Position numbers and translations under genes: made by a program
Notes under the pieces: model-generated
Databases searched by the model: none
Seen by the model: only the letters and a program-made list of their open reading frames with translations
What the model was told of the DNA's origin: nothing
Assembly (NCBI GenBank): GCA_963817895.1
Contig: CAWFQB010000006.1
Coordinates: forward strand, 256,001-320,000
Source: an uncultured Chthonomonadaceae bacterium
Lineage (GTDB): Bacteria; Armatimonadota; Chthonomonadetes; Chthonomonadales; Chthonomonadaceae
DNA length: 64,000 nt
Direction: 5' to 3'
Part shown: positions 30,045 to 39,895 of the stretch, piece after piece
Numbering within the stretch: the first letter of the stretch is position 1
Layout of the letters: each line of letters starts with the position of its first letter

Positions 30045-32156
30045 CTACCTTGTCATCGTATACCCGTTGTAGGCGAGGGAGCGGCGCAGGTATTGGCCGA
30101 AATCGCCCTGCGCGAGTTGTTGATGCGCGTTAAGTTGGGAAAGCACGGCTTTATAGCGGTCGAGCAGTCTGCCGTCGCGGTTCAAGTCGCTGTCCTGCCA
30201 CTGCTGCGCGGCGACGCTGACCACGTTGCGGCGCTCTTCTACCTGCGCAATGGCGTCCCCGATGCGTCCCTGCTCGATAGAACGCGCGGCCTGCGTCAGC
30301 GCTTCGCCCGTCTGGAATCCCAACAGGTTCTTTTTCACGCCCCGATTGACCGAGTAGATCATTTCATCCTTGCTTGGCGTGTAGCTGACGCTTGCCGTCG
30401 CCTGCGTTTCGCGGTTCGCCGGATGAATCAAATCTTTGTACTTCACGTACACATTTGCCAGCGTACAGATGTTCGGATTTATGGGCTTGTCGGCAGAGTT
30501 CGCCGCGTTTTTGATCAGATCGGGGTTTTGCGGCGGAGCTTTGATTTCCAGCATCACGATATGGCTGTCACCCCTATAGATGGCGGGAATGAGCATCTTG
30601 ATGCCCGGTTCTTCGGGCGCGTTCTGGCGATTGGGCGCGATACCGAGTTCTTCGGACACCTTGCGGTCAATCTTCTTTTCGTCCTGCTTTACCTGCGCGG
30701 TTTGCTGCGCGTCCAGAGTTTGCGCGCCCAAAACGCGAATCAGGCCGACGCCGGGGGCAAGCTGAATACGCAGTTTGATGTCTTTGGCGACAACGTGCGT
30801 CAGTTCGTTCAGTTCGCGGGCAAATACTTGCTGCGTGTCCGCGCCGTCCTTCAGGAAGTGGTAGTTGCCCTTGCCATCACGGGCGAGCGAGAGCATCAAA
30901 TCCTCGTTGAATTCCACGCCCACGCCCACCGCGCTGGTTTCCACATCTTTATCCACTTCCGTAGCGGCGAGATGATGAAACTGCGTTCGATCCTGTATGC
31001 CGGACGTGACCTGCCCATCCGACAGCAGAATCACGCGGTTGATGCCCTCGCTTGTGGTGTTTTTGTGAACCTGCGCATACGCTTTTTCAAGCCCCTCATA
31101 GATGTTCGTGCCGCCGCCGGGGTACAGGCCCGCGATGAGATTGCGGATACGCGCTTTGTTGGCGACATGCTGCGCGGGAACCAGCAGGTTGGCCGTATCA
31201 TCGAAGGCGACAAGCGAAAATGTGTCATTGGGAGTGAGGCTGTTGACCAGTTGAACGGCTGCGGATTTGGCGTATTCCAGTTTATGTTCATCGGCCATAG
31301 ACCCGCTGCGGTCAATCACAAGCGCGATATTGAGCGGCGGGCGGCGCGGCAGTTCGCTTTTGCTGGCCTGTAACCCGATTTGCAGATAGGTATGCGCCCC
31401 CGACTGGATGATTTTGCTTTGCACGGCGTCGGCGGAAACGTTCAGCGCGGTCTGCTGCGGAATGGGGAACGACTGCGCGTAGTTGTGGGTGAACGCTTCC
31501 AGTTTCACGCGCTTGCCGTCCACGAGTACGCCCGATTGGATCAGTTTTTCCAGCCGGTCTTTTTCGCCGTTGCCGCCGATGTAGGTATCGGCTACATACA
31601 TATTGGGGTTGTACACGGCATGGGGCGCAGGCGCCATCGCGCTTGCCCCGCCCGCCATCATCGGGTGGTTCGGTGTCGTCGCGCTCAGGGAACGGGCATG
31701 GCTTTGCGCCTGAAACCGGACGCCGGGGGCCGAGTTCGCGTACTTATCGGCATCCGAATAGCGCATACGAACGTTGCCGGTAGCAGAAGTGTTTGCCGTC
31801 ACAAAGCCCTGAATCTGACTTGCATCCTTCGCGCCACTGACAGACGCCGCGCCCTTGCTTTGAAAGGCGTTTTGCGGTTCCGGTGGATACGCGGCTGTAT
31901 TCTTCTCCTCATCGCGGACGGACGCCTCCTTTTCCGTACTCGCTGCGCTTTGCGAGGCTGGGGCGGCAGTGGCGGGCGCGGCGGCATCTCCGGCTTTGGC
32001 GGCAGTTTTAGGAGCGGCATGAAGGGACAGGGGAGCCGCCGTCTTCGTGTTTTGAAGGGTGGCAGTTGTCACGTCTTCGTTTTTGCTACAGCCCGTCAGC
32101 AGGGGCAGGGTGGCGGAAAGAGCAAGGGCGGCGCAGGCAGCGCGTTTAGCGTTCAT
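30045..32156 (-). CDS. vWA domain lipoprotein (YfbK-like)
   Basis: Lipobox LTGC; LNIALVIDRSGSM, GGTNI, ILLSDG and GKGNYHF. Confidence 0.9.
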   Translation of the reverse strand: MNAKRAACAALALSATLPLLTGCSKNEDVTTATLQNTKTAAPLSLHAAPKTAAKAGDAAAPATAAPASQSAASTEKEASVRDEEKNTAAYPPEPQNAFQSKGAASVSGAKDASQIQGFVTANTSATGNVRMRYSDADKYANSAPGVRFQAQSHARSLSATTPNHPMMAGGASAMAPAPHAVYNPNMYVADTYIGGNGEKDRLEKLIQSGVLVDGKRVKLEAFTHNYAQSFPIPQQTALNVSADAVQSKIIQSGAHTYLQIGLQASKSELPRRPPLNIALVIDRSGSMADEHKLEYAKSAAVQLVNSLTPNDTFSLVAFDDTANLLVPAQHVANKARIRNLIAGLYPGGGTNIYEGLEKAYAQVHKNTTSEGINRVILLSDGQVTSGIQDRTQFHHLAATEVDKDVETSAVGVGVEFNEDLMLSLARDGKGNYHFLKDGADTQQVFARELNELTHVVAKDIKLRIQLAPGVGLIRVLGAQTLDAQQTAQVKQDEKKIDRKVSEELGIAPNRQNAPEEPGIKMLIPAIYRGDSHIVMLEIKAPPQNPDLIKNAANSADKPINPNICTLANVYVKYKDLIHPANRETQATASVSYTPSKDEMIYSVNRGVKKNLLGFQTGEALTQAARSIEQGRIGDAIAQVEERRNVVSVAAQQWQDSDLNRDGRLLDRYKAVLSQLNAHQQLAQGDFGQYLRRSLAYNGYTMTR

Positions 32157-32306
32157 AAAGCAACCTCCAACAAGAGTTGTGTCGCTATCCGGTATAATTT
32201 AGGACGGCGGCAGGTGATGTGTTGTTGTTTTGTTACGGTTGCGCCCCGGAAGGTTCAGGCGTTTGAAAAATAGTTTGTATCGACTCTGAAAGAGTGTAAG
32301 CAGAGC

Positions 32307-32735
32307 ATGAAAAGAGAGTGCCGCTATGGGGTGTTGAAGTCATCGTGGGGAGTATTTGTGCGCCTGACAGCAGAAGCAATCCCATTGTCAGAGTTCGAGC
32401 GAGAAACAATCTCTCTTACGCCTGACATACATTACCATGCGGAGAGAATTTCTCATGAGGAGCGTGAGGCTGTCGAGAAGGGCTTGCTGCTCATCGCGGC
32501 AAGCATACGCGCCACGATTTCAGCGCCCATTATGATCTGCCTTGTTGACATAGATTACAATCCATGTGATTACCAGCCGGAAGGAATTACCTGCGCAATG
32601 ATGGAATGGTCTGCTCAAGAGTTCGGCTTCACGCCACCGACAATTCCTGTCTTCTATGATAAGGCAAGCAATTGCTACCATTTCAACTTTGAAGAAGCGA
32701 AGCAGGCCGGGAACGCAGGTGGGAAATTTGAATGA
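32307..32735 (+). CDS. Hypothetical protein, possible orphan immunity protein
   Basis: 142 aa; lower GC; stop overlaps the next start (ATGA); upstream of an RHS remnant. Confidence 0.55.
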   Translation: MKRECRYGVLKSSWGVFVRLTAEAIPLSEFERETISLTPDIHYHAERISHEEREAVEKGLLLIAASIRATISAPIMICLVDIDYNPCDYQPEGITCAMMEWSAQEFGFTPPTIPVFYDKASNCYHFNFEEAKQAGNAGGKFE

Positions 32736-33100
32736 AGCAAGGTTACTACATTGTCGTTCCAAATTTTGTGTCGTACATGTACCCGGATTATGATGTGGTA
32801 TGCAGATGCTTATCGTGGCTCATTAAGAACTTTGAGCCAATCCTTAATTTGTGTGAGCAGGACTTTATGTTCAGTGTCATTCCTATCTGCTATATGGGCT
32901 GCTACCCCGGTATTGGTTTTAATACCGAACAACCGCAGCAAAATGCCTCTGACCTCACTATATTGTCATTCGGTCTTGAAAGAGCCATCAACGCCTTCCT
33001 TTCTAAAGACGCATTGACGAGAATTGTAGAAGCCTCGAAAGACGGTCCGATTACCTGGCAAGAAGTATGTAGACAGCACAACATAGACCCTGATAATTGA
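32732..33100 (+). CDS. Hypothetical protein, possible orphan immunity protein
   Basis: 122 aa; AT-rich; abuts the RHS-core remnant. Confidence 0.5.
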   Translation: MKQGYYIVVPNFVSYMYPDYDVVCRCLSWLIKNFEPILNLCEQDFMFSVIPICYMGCYPGIGFNTEQPQQNASDLTILSFGLERAINAFLSKDALTRIVEASKDGPITWQEVCRQHNIDPDN

Positions 33101-33105
33101 TGTAA

Positions 33106-33204
33106 GTGGGAACGGGAAGGTTCGTCAACCGCGACCCGATAGGACAGGCGGGCGGCCTGAACGTGTACGCCTACTGCCAGAACAATCCCGTCAACCACTT
33201 CTAA
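33106..33204 (+). pseudogene. RHS repeat-associated core remnant
   Basis: Manual translation VGTGRFVNRDPIGQAGGLNVYAYCQNNPVNHF*; matches the RHS core motif GRF-xx-DPIG-xx-GG-N-Y-Y-xx-NNP. Confidence 0.85.
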
Positions 33205-33257
33205 ATGCGAAGATTCTCCCTGCTATGAAGAAGAAAACTTAAAAACGTAGAAAAGGT

Positions 33258-33295
33258 TTGACCGGAATTTGCCGTGTAGTGTATAATGACTACAC
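33258..33295 (+). promoter_or_regulatory. Sigma70-type promoter with a dyad straddling the -10
   Basis: TTGACC-N18-TATAAT; GTGTAGT(33274-80)...ACTACAC(33289-95). Confidence 0.7.
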
Positions 33296-33392
33296 CTTAC
33301 ACTTTATATGCGCTTGCTTCGCCTTCCTTACCTATGGATTCCTGCCTCTCAGGTGGCGCGCATTGTGTCAGGCACGTACAAGTTTACAAATG

Positions 33393-33526
33393 AGGGATTA
33401 GATATTAGGCATCAGGCATTAGAGGCTGAAACTAAGATTCGCAGACGTTTGCCAATCACGCGCGACGCGCGATAAACAATCACAACCAAATACCCCCTAA
33501 TGCCTGATGCCTAATATCTAATCCCT
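33393..33526. repeat. Heptamer-repeat inverted element in a 5' leader
   Basis: Perfect 30-bp IR AGGGATTAGATATTAGGCATCAGGCATTAG. Confidence 0.9.
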
Positions 33527-33545
33527 ACTTCAAGGAGACCACCGC

Positions 33546-36500
33546 ATGAGTTTTGACGAACTCCCGTCGGACGCGCCTTTGCCCGCTTCACCAGCCGGCG
33601 AGAACGCCGCATCCGACCGGGAAGCGTCGGACAGGGATGCGCCGCCTTCCGCGCCCGCGCGCCGTCGCCGCGCGCCACGGACAGGGGCAGACGCAGCATC
33701 CCCCGAACCTGACACGACCAACGAACCCGCCGCGCGCGCAACCCGCCGCAGCCGACAACCCGCCGAAGAGGGGATAACAGAAGGGAAAAGGGAAAAGGGA
33801 AAAGGGAAAAGGGAAGAATCAAAGGCGGAAGACAGCCAACCGTCAGGCGAAAATACGAATGTCAATCCTGCGTCAACATCCCGGCGTCGGGCGGCAAAGC
33901 CTGCGCCGGTGAATGGCGTTGCCGATGCCGCGCCTGTTCTTCCAGCCGAGAGTGAGACAGCAAAGACGGATGCGCCTGCGCCCGCTTCACGCCGCCGTTC
34001 GCGGCGCAAGGATGGGGAACCTGCTGTTGTCGCAACGCCGGAATCTGCCCCTGTCGCAGAAGCCGCGCCGGAAACTGAAAACGCTTCCGCTGCTCCCGCC
34101 GATATTACGGACGACGCGCCTTCCGCGCCACCTGCCCGAACATCACGCCGGACTCGCGCCAGCGCGGGAGAGCAGGGGGCAGAAGAGGAAAAAGGGAAAA
34201 GGGAAAAGGGAAAAGGGAAGAGAAGACAGCAGACGCGCAGCCAGAAATCGAAAATCGAAAATCGAAAATCGAAAATCCCACACCGGGGCGGACGCGACGC
34301 AGGCGGGGCGGGGATGCGGATACTGCCGCGCCGAATGGTGAGGTTGTTTCTGCGCCCGACCTTGTGGCGGAGGTGGGCGGGGAACAGAACGGTACGGCCC
34401 CGGACGCGCTTTTGATTGATGTAGAGGGCGATCAAATAGTAACGTCTGCCGCCGACGCGCCGGATACGACAGCGCAGGCAGAGGATAGCGCGGCGGATTT
34501 GCAGGCGGCGCTGCCCGGAACTGTGGAAACCGAAGAGGAAGCGGACGATGCGGAAGTAGGCGAGGTCAGTGGCGACACAGCGGAAACGCGTAGCCGCAAA
34601 CGCCGCAATCGCCGCAACAACAAAGGACGCCGCGAACCCCGGAACGGAGAAGCGCAGGATACGCCCGCGCCGATTGCGAACGCGGCAGTGGCCGAACCCG
34701 AGACGGTTGCGGCTGACAGTTCCCGTAGCGGTTCCCGTTGTTGTGGAGGAGGAGGCGGAACCCATTGATTTGAGCGTGGGTACGCATCTGGTTGTACGTA
34801 ACGGCCTGCCGCGAATTCATATCAATGGCGCTCCGGTTCCGCCCGTGCTGTTTTTCGGCAACATGGAGGGCGCGAAGAACGCGCAGCGCGTCCTTTCGGA
34901 AGTGCGCCGCGCCGCCAAAGCGGGCGTACACCTGCATTCCACCCTCATCGAACTGCCCTGCCCGCTGACCGAAGCGCACTACGTTCTGGACGAGATAGAC
35001 GTTCGGCTTCGCGCCCTGCTGGATGCCGACCCGGACGGGTTTGTGATGCCGCGCCTCGTGTTTGTGCCTGCGCGTGGCTGGAAGCGCGAGTACGCGAGCG
35101 AAATCAGCGTGTATAACGACGGCACGAACGGCGACCCATCCCTGACAAGCGAACGGTTCTGGCAGGAGTGCGAACGCGCCCTGCACATGCTCATTGAACA
35201 TCTTCAGGGGCAGACATACGGCGAGCGCGTGTTCGCGTACCATCTGGAGCGAGGCGAATGGTTTCAGCCCGCCGATCAGGGGTATGACCGAAGCACGGCG
35301 AATCGCGACGCCTTCCGCGACTGGCTGCGCGAGAAATACCAGAACAGCCTGATTCTGCTTCGCGCCGCCTGGTACAATGGCGATGTGCAGTTCCACACCG
35401 CCGAGATTCCGCCCGATCTGGGCAAGCCCAATCCGCAACGCGCCTTTTACGAAACCCGGCGCGAACGCGGCATCATTGACTTCAACGAGTTCACGTCCGA
35501 AACAACGGCCAACCGGCTGGCGCAATTGGCGCGGACGGTGAAAAAAGCCTGCCACAACAATGCGCTTGTGTCCGTCTGCTACGGGTATACGCTGGAATTC
35601 GGACACGGATTCAGCGGGCATCTCGCCCTGAATCGCCTGCTTGCCAGTCCGCACGTAGATTTGATCTCCGGCCCGCCCTCCTATCTCGACCGCAAGCCGA
35701 CAGGGGCGGCTTCCCTTCCGGCTCCCGTCGACTCGCTGCGGCTGCACGGCAAACTATGGTTGTCCGAAGACGACACCAAAACCTATCTCGCGCCCGCGCA
35801 GCAGGACGCGGACGACTTTAACCCGCGCCTTGCGGACCGTTTCTCGACCGAGCAGGCGCAGGCGCGAGCCATAGGCCGCGCGCTTGCCACCAATACCGGC
35901 GTCGGCTGGATGGATTTATGGGGCGAAGGCTGGCTTGACGACGAGGGGTTCTGGGAGCGTATCGGCGGCTTTGCCAACCGCATGGCGCAGCAGGACAGGG
36001 CGACAACCGCAACCACAAGCCCCGATGTGGTTGTTCTCATAGATGAAAAAAGCCTGCTGCATGTTCAAAAGGGCGAACCGTTCTTCCGCAAGTTGACAAA
36101 CGGCCTGCGCGATATTTTGCAGCGGACGGGCATCAACTACGGACTATATCTGCAAAGCGATCTGCTGGACCCGGCTTTCCCCACGGATGCGCGTATGTAT
36201 CTGTTCCTCACGCCCTTTCGCCTGCCCGTCGAACAGCGGACGGCGATTCGCGAGAAATTACAGCGCGACAACAAAACGCTCGTCTGGCTGTACGCGCCGG
36301 GAGCCTGCGAGGAGCGGCCTTCGGGCGGAACCGGCATGGAGGATGTCGCAACCGCAACGGTCGGCCTTATTTTGCGGCAGCAGGCGTGGAATTCGGAAGT
36401 GGGTTCGCGCATTCTCGATCCCAACCATCTGCTGACGGAGCGGCTTGGCGGGCGCGACATCGGGGCGCGGGAACGGCTCAATCCGTCCTATTACGTGGAC

Positions 36501-37601
36501 GATCCGGGCGCGACGGTGGTTGCCGAGTATCACGCTTCGGGATTGCCGTCCATTGCCGCGCGCTCGTTCGGCAACTGGAAATCCGTGTTCGTGGGCGATC
36601 CCATTTTGCCGCTCGAACTGCTGCGCGGAATCTGCCGTTATGCGGGCGTTCCTGTCTATGTCACGGGCGGCGAGGATGTTGTTTCCATTGGCAACGGCTG
36701 GATAACCGTTCATGCCAGCCGGGACGGACAGCGAACCTTGCGCCTGCCGACCTCGCAATCCATCTATGACCTGCACGAGGGGCGAATCGTTGCCGAAAAC
36801 ACGCGCGACTATCGCTACTTTCTGCGCATGGGCATGACACGGACGTTTTGCATAGGGACGCGCGAACGCTTTGCCGCGCTTGGTCTGCCCAACCTCGAAA
36901 GCCCCGCGCGCGCCCGTCCCAACAATGAACGCCCGGAGCGAACCGAACGCGGGGAGCGTGGCGAGCGCGTTGAGCGCGCGGATACCGACATTGCGGAAAC
37001 GGTAAACAGCAGGGACAAGGCTGCGCAACAGGAACCGACCTCGGGCAACGGCAGAAATCTGCCTTTTGCCCGCATCTACCCGGCTCCTGAAGCAGCGGGA
37101 CGGGAAAATGCCCGCGAAATCGTGGAAACGCCGCCCGCGCCTGCCCCTGTTTTCAGCACGATAAAACCCAGCCTGACACCGGTAGAACCGCTTGGCAATC
37201 GCGCCGAACCGGATTTGCCCGCGCCGCAGGAGGAACCCCATCTGCTCCCGCCGCCCGAAGATGAAGACGACCTGCCCTCCTTTGAGCCGTTTCCCGCTCC
37301 CCGGACAGAGCCGCGTTCATCCGGGCTGACTTCAGCGCCTCCTTCCCTGCGGGATGATCTGGCGACGCTGAAGGCCGTTCTGGAGATGGAGATGCCCGAA
37401 CTGGAGGGCGATGACTCGCCTGCGCCGATGGCTCCCACGCTGTCGCTTCCCCGTGAGGGACTGCCGGGACTGGAAGCCGTACTCGGCCCGGACCTGCTCG
37501 CTAATCGCCGCCGCCGTCGCCGGGGCGGACGAGGACGCGGCCGCAAAGCGAATGGCGAGCTGGATACGGATACAGATGAGGATGGAACTGAAGAAAATTA
37601 G
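33546..37601 (+). CDS. Large cytoplasmic protein: GH42/beta-galactosidase-like core with long disordered Arg-rich termini; frameshifted at ~34.3-34.75 kb
   Basis: AAGGAG RBS. Core motifs HLERGEWF, GHLAL..LLASPHVD..SGPPSY, LHGKLWLSEDDT and LVWLYAPG; the N-terminal pieces lie in three frames. Confidence 0.7.
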
Positions 37602-37755
37602 ACAGGATTAACAGGATTTTCAGGATTAACAGGATTGAAAATGATGGAGTAGTCTTCGGAAACCTACTCCATCAGGTTCAGCAAAAGAATCCCATTCGCC
37701 AATGTTTCTCGAAAATAATCCTGTTTAATCCTGAAAATCCTGTTAATCCTGTCTA
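37599..37755. repeat. Nonamer-repeat inverted element (ACAGGATTA)
   Basis: Perfect 31-bp IR TAGACAGGATTAACAGGATTTTCAGGATTAA, beginning at the upstream stop codon; internal hairpin TGATGGAGTAG..CTACTCCATCA. Confidence 0.9.
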
Positions 37756-38000
37756 TGAATGAGAAATTTATTATGGCAAGGCAGACACCGGGCAGCAAGC
37801 AGATGATCGCGTTTAAGATCGGGGCGCGGGCGCGTAAATTCGCGGTCGAGGGCTGCCCGATTGAGGGCTACGATTATCTGTACGGCTGCCTTGCCGACGC
37901 TAAAAAACGCGACGCGGAGTTGTACGCGCTGCTGCAAGCCGAGTCGGAGAAATTCGACCGGCGCATGGCCGCGCTGGATGCGGAAGAGGATGGGGAATAA
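37755..38000 (+). CDS. Small hypothetical protein
   Basis: 81 aa ORF with typical codon usage; the start may be 37773. Confidence 0.6.
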   Translation: MNEKFIMARQTPGSKQMIAFKIGARARKFAVEGCPIEGYDYLYGCLADAKKRDAELYALLQAESEKFDRRMAALDAEEDGE

Positions 38001-38053
38001 AATCGGTGTGTGGCGCGTAGAATGGTTTATCATGAATTGTAAGGAGAGAAGGG

Positions 38054-38953
38054 ATGCGTATTAGCCCCGGTGTCGCCCGAAGCGCGATTCTGCTCGCGTT
38101 GGTAACGGGAATTGCCTTACCCGCCGTTCGCGCCGATGCGCGACTGCACAGTGTCACATCCGCGCGGCAGACTCCCGAAGAGACGGCTTCGGGTACGGAA
38201 AACGCCACTATCAAGCCGGAAGTCGCCGCTCTGTTGAAAACGTCTACGGCTGTCTACGCGGCCATGAAATCGTATCGGCACAACTCTGAATACTTCAGCA
38301 AAACGCAGGACGCCGATAACGAAGTCCATAAAACCATCGTGTTCACCCTTGCGCTGGAACGCCCGAACAAATTCTGCTACAAGGCCGATGTGCCTGCGTT
38401 CGGCGCGGCGATTTGCGACGGCAAAACGTTCCTCAACTACCACCTTGATGGCGCTATAAGTGAGCGCGAACACACGTATTATACGAAAACCACCGCGCCT
38501 GTGAATTACAAGGGCATCAACATCGTGGATGATGTCACGTTTACGCACGGCAGTTACATGATCGCGTTGATGCTGCAAGGCAATGTGATGGCGGATAAGG
38601 ACGTGGAAGCGGGGCTGAAAAAAGCCACGCTCCACGCGAATGTAGAAGAAAACGGCAAAAAGTACGATGTGTTGAGCGTTCCGTTTCCGGGGCATATCGG
38701 GCCGGAATTCAAAACTCACAGTCTGCATTTCTATTTTGATACCGCTACGCATCTGCTGCATAAGGCGGTTGAGGACGTGCCTGCCGAGGAGAGCGATACC
38801 CACGCGCCCTACAAAATGCTGGAGATTATCGAGAACGTGCTGATTGACAAGCCAATGCCGCCCAATACTTTCGAGTACAAACTACCCAAAAATGCCCGTC
38901 AGGTAGTAGGGCTGCCGGTAAACGCTTCCCATTCCATCGCGGCGGGGCGTTAG
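38054..38953 (+). CDS. Secreted LolA-like/DUF2092-like protein (paralog 1)
   Basis: Signal peptide; YAAMKSY, FTLALERPNKF, ICDGKT and IDKPMPPNTFEYKLPKNA. Confidence 0.7.
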   Translation: MRISPGVARSAILLALVTGIALPAVRADARLHSVTSARQTPEETASGTENATIKPEVAALLKTSTAVYAAMKSYRHNSEYFSKTQDADNEVHKTIVFTLALERPNKFCYKADVPAFGAAICDGKTFLNYHLDGAISEREHTYYTKTTAPVNYKGINIVDDVTFTHGSYMIALMLQGNVMADKDVEAGLKKATLHANVEENGKKYDVLSVPFPGHIGPEFKTHSLHFYFDTATHLLHKAVEDVPAEESDTHAPYKMLEIIENVLIDKPMPPNTFEYKLPKNARQVVGLPVNASHSIAAGR

Positions 38954-38969
38954 CAGTGTGGAGAATACT

Positions 38970-39776
38970 ATGCGAATGAAATTTGCGTTTACGGCAGGTA
39001 TGCTGCTGGCATCAACTGCGCTTGCGGGAAGTTTTGCCAGTCGTATCAGCTTCGCGCAGGACGCTCCCCCCGCGCAAACCACCGCGCCCGCCAAACCGGA
39101 TGACAAACTCAAAATGGACGCGGAAGTGGCGGCTTTCTATAAGCAGATAACCGCCGCGTATCAGAATGTGAAGTCGTACCAGCATCTTGCCGTGTATACG
39201 CGGCAGAGGGCGACGCCGCAAGGCGACGAAAAGCTGGTACAGAAATTCACCCTCGCGCTGGAACGCCCCAACAAGTTTATCTTCAAAGCGGATAAGAGCG
39301 GCCTTGCCGCCGTTGCCAGTGACGGCAAGACCCTCCTCAACTATCGGCAGGGCGAAACCACGAGCGAGTACACCAAATCCGACGCTCCCGCGACAATCAA
39401 AGGCATCCGTCTGGTCGAAGACGTTCTTTTTGAGCCGCAGGCAACGTATCTGATCGCGCTTGCCCTACAGGGAGATGTTCTGGCCGACAAGGATATGGAT
39501 ACGATTCTCGCGCAGGCGAAAATGGGAGCGAAAACGCAGGAGAACGGCAAAGCGTGTCAAACCGTCGTCATTACCAACCCCAACGCGATTATGACCATTT
39601 ACGCGGATGCCGCCACGCGCCGGATCGTCAAAATCACGCAAAAGGCGACGCAAGTGGATGCTTCCGTGACGGAAGAGATTCAGGACGCGCAAATCAACAA
39701 GCCGGTAGACGCCGCTGTGTTCAAGTACACCCCTCCTGCTGAGGCAAAACTTGTCACCAAACTCACCGCCCCTTAA
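38970..39776 (+). CDS. Secreted LolA-like/DUF2092-like protein (paralog 2)
   Basis: YQNVKSY, FTLALERPNKF, ASDGKT and INKPVDAAVFKYTPPAEA. Confidence 0.7.
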   Translation: MRMKFAFTAGMLLASTALAGSFASRISFAQDAPPAQTTAPAKPDDKLKMDAEVAAFYKQITAAYQNVKSYQHLAVYTRQRATPQGDEKLVQKFTLALERPNKFIFKADKSGLAAVASDGKTLLNYRQGETTSEYTKSDAPATIKGIRLVEDVLFEPQATYLIALALQGDVLADKDMDTILAQAKMGAKTQENGKACQTVVITNPNAIMTIYADAATRRIVKITQKATQVDASVTEEIQDAQINKPVDAAVFKYTPPAEAKLVTKLTAP

Positions 39777-39815
39777 CCGGTGAACCAACAAAATAATCGC
39801 AACTCTGAGCGACAA

Positions 39816-39857
39816 AAAACTACCCGATGCCATGTAAAACAGGCGTCGGGCAGTTTT
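39816..39857. terminator. Probable bidirectional intrinsic terminator
   Basis: AAAACTACCCGATGCC...GGCGTCGGGCAGTTTT between convergent genes. Confidence 0.65.
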
Positions 39858-39895
39858 AGTTGTTGCCGTCTTTTATTTTACCGTGTTGTTTTCCG

